Source of the DNA: an uncultured Planctomycetota bacterium | GTDB lineage: Bacteria; Planctomycetota; Planctomycetia; Isosphaerales; Isosphaeraceae | DNA length: 64,000 nt | Assembly (NCBI GenBank): GCA_963737655.1 | Contig: CAVTTN010000002.1 | Span: 3,872,001-3,936,000 of the forward strand | Direction: 5' to 3' | Part shown: positions 60,775 to 64,000 of the stretch, one piece after another | How positions within the stretch are numbered: position 1 is the first letter of the stretch | Layout: each line of letters begins with the position of its first letter | Position numbers and translations under genes: made by a program | Notes under the pieces: model-generated | The model's database searches: none | What the model was told of the DNA's origin: nothing | The model's input: the letters and a program-made list of their open reading frames with translations, nothing else

Positions 60775-61752
60775 ATGCGCCTTCGGACGGTGATGAGGCT
60801 TTCGGCGGGGGTGGGAGCCGTGGCCTGGGCGGGCTCGGTCATCGAGAGACGGCCCGATCTGCAGTCGCCGGACTGGGCGGGCTCGCTGGTCGTCTTCGCG
60901 GCGGCGGTGCTGGTTCCGGCGGCGATGAGCCTGGTCGTCGGGGATCGAGGCGCGCGACCCTGGGGATGGGCGGTCGGGTTCGGCGAGGCTTCCGCCCTGC
61001 TCTTGATCGCCTCGTTCGGCCGTCCTCCGGGGCCGATCTCGGCGATCCTGAGCGGGCCGTGGCTGGTGACGACGGCCTTCGTGGCGATCCTGGGCCTGCT
61101 CCGCCTCCGCGATCGCGGCTTTCGGTCGATCGGCGAGGTCTCGATCGCGGTCGGGATGATGTATCTCGCGGTCGGCGGGGCCTGGGCGAGCGCGGCCCGA
61201 TTGGGGTTCCGGCCGATGGGGTTCGCCGACCTGATCGTCCTTTTGACGGCCGACCATTTCCACTACGCCGGGTTCGTCCTGCCGATCGTTGTTGGGCTGG
61301 CGGCGAGGCGAGTCGGCGGCCGGATGTCGGTCGTCGCGGGCTGGGGAGTGATCCTGGCGGTCCCGGCGGTGGCCTCGGGGATCACGGCCACGCAGATGGG
61401 GCTTTCTCCGAGGGTCGAGACGGCCTGCGCCCTGTTCATGGCCGGATCGGGCGTCCTGGCGGCCCTCCTCTTGCTGCGGGTCGCGTTTTCGAGGGGGCAA
61501 TCGGCGGTGAGCCGCGTGGCGTGGGCCGGCTCGGCGGGCTGCCTGGCGTTCGGGATGGTCCTGGCGACGCTTTATGGGTCGAGGACGACCGGGCTCTTGC
61601 CCCGGGTCGAAATCCCCCGGATGATCCTGCTCCACGGGACCGTCAATGGCCTCGGCTTCGGCTCCCTTGCGCTCCTCGGATGGCTGTTCGCGACCCCTCC
61701 CCCGATCGAGACCCCCGATGCGACCGTGGCATCTCGCCGACCTCACGTATGA
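60775..61752 (+). CDS. YndJ-family membrane protein
   Basis: Multi-TM; LTADHFHYAGF and HGTVNGLGF motifs. Confidence 0.8.
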   Translation: MRLRTVMRLSAGVGAVAWAGSVIERRPDLQSPDWAGSLVVFAAAVLVPAAMSLVVGDRGARPWGWAVGFGEASALLLIASFGRPPGPISAILSGPWLVTTAFVAILGLLRLRDRGFRSIGEVSIAVGMMYLAVGGAWASAARLGFRPMGFADLIVLLTADHFHYAGFVLPIVVGLAARRVGGRMSVVAGWGVILAVPAVASGITATQMGLSPRVETACALFMAGSGVLAALLLLRVAFSRGQSAVSRVAWAGSAGCLAFGMVLATLYGSRTTGLLPRVEIPRMILLHGTVNGLGFGSLALLGWLFATPPPIETPDATVASRRPHV

Positions 61753-62506
61753 GGACGTGAAAACCGGCCCTCCCTTCGAGGTCGCCGTGCTCCCCCTGGG
61801 GGCGACCGAGCCCCACAACCTCCACATGCCGTATTCGACCGACACGCTCCAGGTGGAGGCCGTGGCGGACCTGGCCTGCCGGGCCGCCTTCGAGAACGGG
61901 GCGAGGGTCGTCTGCCTCCCGGCGATCCCTTATGGGACCGAGACCAACCAGATGCGGTTCCCCCTGGCCATGAACCTCAACCCGACGACCGTCGCGGCGG
62001 TGATCGGCGACCTCGTGGCGTCCCTGGCCACCCACGGCATCCGCAAGTGCGTCCTGCTGAACGGCCACGGCGGGAACGACCTCAAGTGGGTCCTCCGACA
62101 GATGTATGGCACCAGTCCTGTCCACCTGTTCGTGTGCAACTGGTATAAAATGGCCTCGGACCGGTACTCGACGATTTTTGCCGACGCCGGGGACCACGCC
62201 GGGGAGCTGGAGACGAGCATGGGACTGGCGCATTTCCCCGATCTGGTCCGGCTCGAACGGGCCGACCCGGGGTCGATGGCGAGGACCGGGATCGAGGCCG
62301 TCGATCGCGGCTGGGTCGAGATGACCCGGCCGTGGCACCTCCTGACGACCAACTCCGGGGCCGGCGACCCCCGCCCCGCCTCGGCCGAGAAGGGCCGCGA
62401 GCTCACGGGGCTGGTCGTCGAGAGGCTGTCGGCGTTCCTCGGGGAGCTGGCGAGCCGGCCCGTCGACGAGCGGTTCCCCTACCCTTCGGAGGATTCGCCG
62501 CGATGA
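61718..62506 (+). CDS. Creatininase-family amidohydrolase
   Basis: LPLGATEPHNLH...TD, NGHGGN, DHAGELETS. Confidence 0.92.
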   Translation: MRPWHLADLTYEDVKTGPPFEVAVLPLGATEPHNLHMPYSTDTLQVEAVADLACRAAFENGARVVCLPAIPYGTETNQMRFPLAMNLNPTTVAAVIGDLVASLATHGIRKCVLLNGHGGNDLKWVLRQMYGTSPVHLFVCNWYKMASDRYSTIFADAGDHAGELETSMGLAHFPDLVRLERADPGSMARTGIEAVDRGWVEMTRPWHLLTTNSGAGDPRPASAEKGRELTGLVVERLSAFLGELASRPVDERFPYPSEDSPR

Positions 62507-63411
62507 GGACCCGAGGCTTGCTGGCGGCCGTGGGCATGGTCCTGGGACTGGCCGGTTGCGGCGGGGCCGAGGCGCCGAAGGCGGCGAAACCGGCCGAGTA
62601 TCCGGTCTCGGGCGTGGTCCGCTCGGTCGATCCGCCGAAGGGCCGGGTGACGATCCGTCACCAGGCGATCGCGGGTTACATGCCCGTCATGACCATGCCG
62701 TTCGACGTGCCCGATCGGGACATCTTGACGTCGATCCGCGAGGGGGACCGGGTCACGGCGACCTTGAGGGTCTCGGGGAAGGAATCGTGGCTGACGGACC
62801 TCAAGAAGGTCGGGGACGCGGAGGATTCCGAGGCGATCGAGAAGCCCGAAACGCTCGTCCTGGACGGTTCCGGACGGCCGGTCACGTCTTCGGCGGCCCC
62901 GAAGCGGCTCGCCGTGGGCGAGCCCGTGCCGGACTTCGCGATGACCGATCAGGACGGCCGCCCCCTGAAGCTCTCGGAGCTTCGCGGCAAGGTCGTGGCG
63001 ATGACGTTCATCTTCACCCGGTGCCCCCGGCCCGACTTCTGCCCGAGGATGGATGAACGGTTCGCCGAACTCGCGAAGCAGATCGCCGTCGATCCGAGGC
63101 GGGCGGACGAGGTCCGGCTGCTCTCGGTGAGCTTCGACCCCGAGCACGACTCGCCGGAGGTCCTGGCCAGGCACGCCGCGCTGAAGGGGGCGAAGCCCCC
63201 GCTCTGGCGGTTCGCCGTGGCCTCCCACCCGGAGCTCGCCAAGGTGCTGGTCCCCCTGGGCCTGATCTACGGGCCGAGGCAGGACGAGATCATCCACAAC
63301 CTTGTGACATTGGTGATCGATCGCGACGGGACGCTGGTCCGGCTGGAAGGCGGGTCGTCGTGGACGCCCGAATCCCTGTTCGGGACGATCCGCGACCGGC
63401 TCCGGCGATGA
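62503..63411 (+). CDS. Lipoprotein: CusF-like Cu-binding domain fused to SCO domain
   Basis: LAGC lipobox, IRHQAIAGYMPVMTMPF, FIFTRCPRPDFCP, SFDPEHD, IHN. Confidence 0.88.
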   Translation: MRTRGLLAAVGMVLGLAGCGGAEAPKAAKPAEYPVSGVVRSVDPPKGRVTIRHQAIAGYMPVMTMPFDVPDRDILTSIREGDRVTATLRVSGKESWLTDLKKVGDAEDSEAIEKPETLVLDGSGRPVTSSAAPKRLAVGEPVPDFAMTDQDGRPLKLSELRGKVVAMTFIFTRCPRPDFCPRMDERFAELAKQIAVDPRRADEVRLLSVSFDPEHDSPEVLARHAALKGAKPPLWRFAVASHPELAKVLVPLGLIYGPRQDEIIHNLVTLVIDRDGTLVRLEGGSSWTPESLFGTIRDRLRR

Positions 63412-63603
63412 CAATCGGTCGGGGGAGTGACACTGGGCCGTCGGGCCGAGGCGGGCGCCGAGGGTTCATGCATGCATGTCAACGATCGTCCACATCGGTA
63501 CGGGTTGGGGGGAATGGGGGGCTGAGATATGGGCAATTGCTCTCATCGGGGCGCGTGGTCACGGGAAAAGATCGGGGTAAATTCAGAGGATGAGAAAAAG
63601 ATG

Positions 63604-63631
63604 TTGTCAACCGCTGTGATTGTGCTAGATT
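63604..63631 (+). promoter_or_regulatory. Sigma70-like promoter with extended -10
   Basis: TTGTCA-16 nt-TAGATT, with TG one base upstream of the -10. Confidence 0.55.
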
Positions 63632-63810
63632 ATCGCGCGTCCGGTCTCGGGGGCCTCACGAACGCATGGCGGCCTCGCGGCAACGCGGGGTCGCCCGGAG
63701 GGGACCGCGAAGGTCTTCGACCGCCCGAGTGACCGACGAGGGCCCCGAGGGGCCGGATTCCGGCGACGGCTGCCGGGGCCCGCCGCTTCTCGGGTGAGAG
63801 GAGAATTGGG

Positions 63811-64000
63811 ATGGCGACGACCAAGACGAGCACCCTGAAGACGACGACCCCCAAGGCGGCCGCGAAGCCCAAGCCAGGGAAGGAATCCGAGCAGAGGCTC
63901 CTGCTGGCCAAGAGGGCGTCGATCCTCCTGAAGCACGTGAGCGACCCGACCCGACTCCAGGTCATCGTGATCCTGGCCGAGGGGGAGCGACACGTCGGCG
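63811..64000 (+). CDS. ArsR/SmtB-family regulator (partial)
   Basis: GAGGAG RBS; LLKHVSDPTRLQVIVILAEGERHVG; runs off window. Confidence 0.85.
   Translation, partial: MATTKTSTLKTTTPKAAAKPKPGKESEQRLLLAKRASILLKHVSDPTRLQVIVILAEGERHVG

Noticed and set aside
41598..60842. Apparent long N-terminal extensions or fusions of GspE (to 44030), DinG (to 49569) and the LRR protein (to 60842)
   Set aside because: The extensions are Arg/Pro-rich off-frame reads overlapping pilT, thiG and gdh; real starts are downstream

Overview
High-GC chromosomal segment whose gene content (PVC-type heme protein, DUF1549/1553-DUF1501-PPC-WD40 module, TDAGL-type LRR proteins, DUF1570, Ser/Thr kinase) points to a planctomycete, probably Isosphaeraceae (inference). 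The left 13 kb is a PUFA-synthase-like iterative type I PKS locus: an ER-ER-KS-AT-ACP-KR protein, then a second PKS whose KS has Cys->Ser. It is flanked by a secreted hypothetical protein, an S49/SppA lipoprotein that has lost all three catalytic residues, and an extended SDR. This is the best candidate for an undescribed system. The rest is mostly housekeeping and signalling: ribBA, rpsR, gspE/pilT-like ATPases, hisF, dinG, a thiS-thiG fusion, ruvC, cysS, ispF, csrA, RRM-rpsU, purB, gdh, SCO and ArsR. Other notable items are an unannotated 46-aa basic protein back-to-back with rpsR, a kinase with tandem DUF2934-like repeats, three REP/STRR-like palindromes, AT-rich islets (one with a dif-like 28-mer) and a structured 5' leader before the ArsR gene. 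At least seven small frameshifts, including in cysS and hisF, look like long-read consensus errors. No rRNA, tRNA, CRISPR array or transposase was seen.
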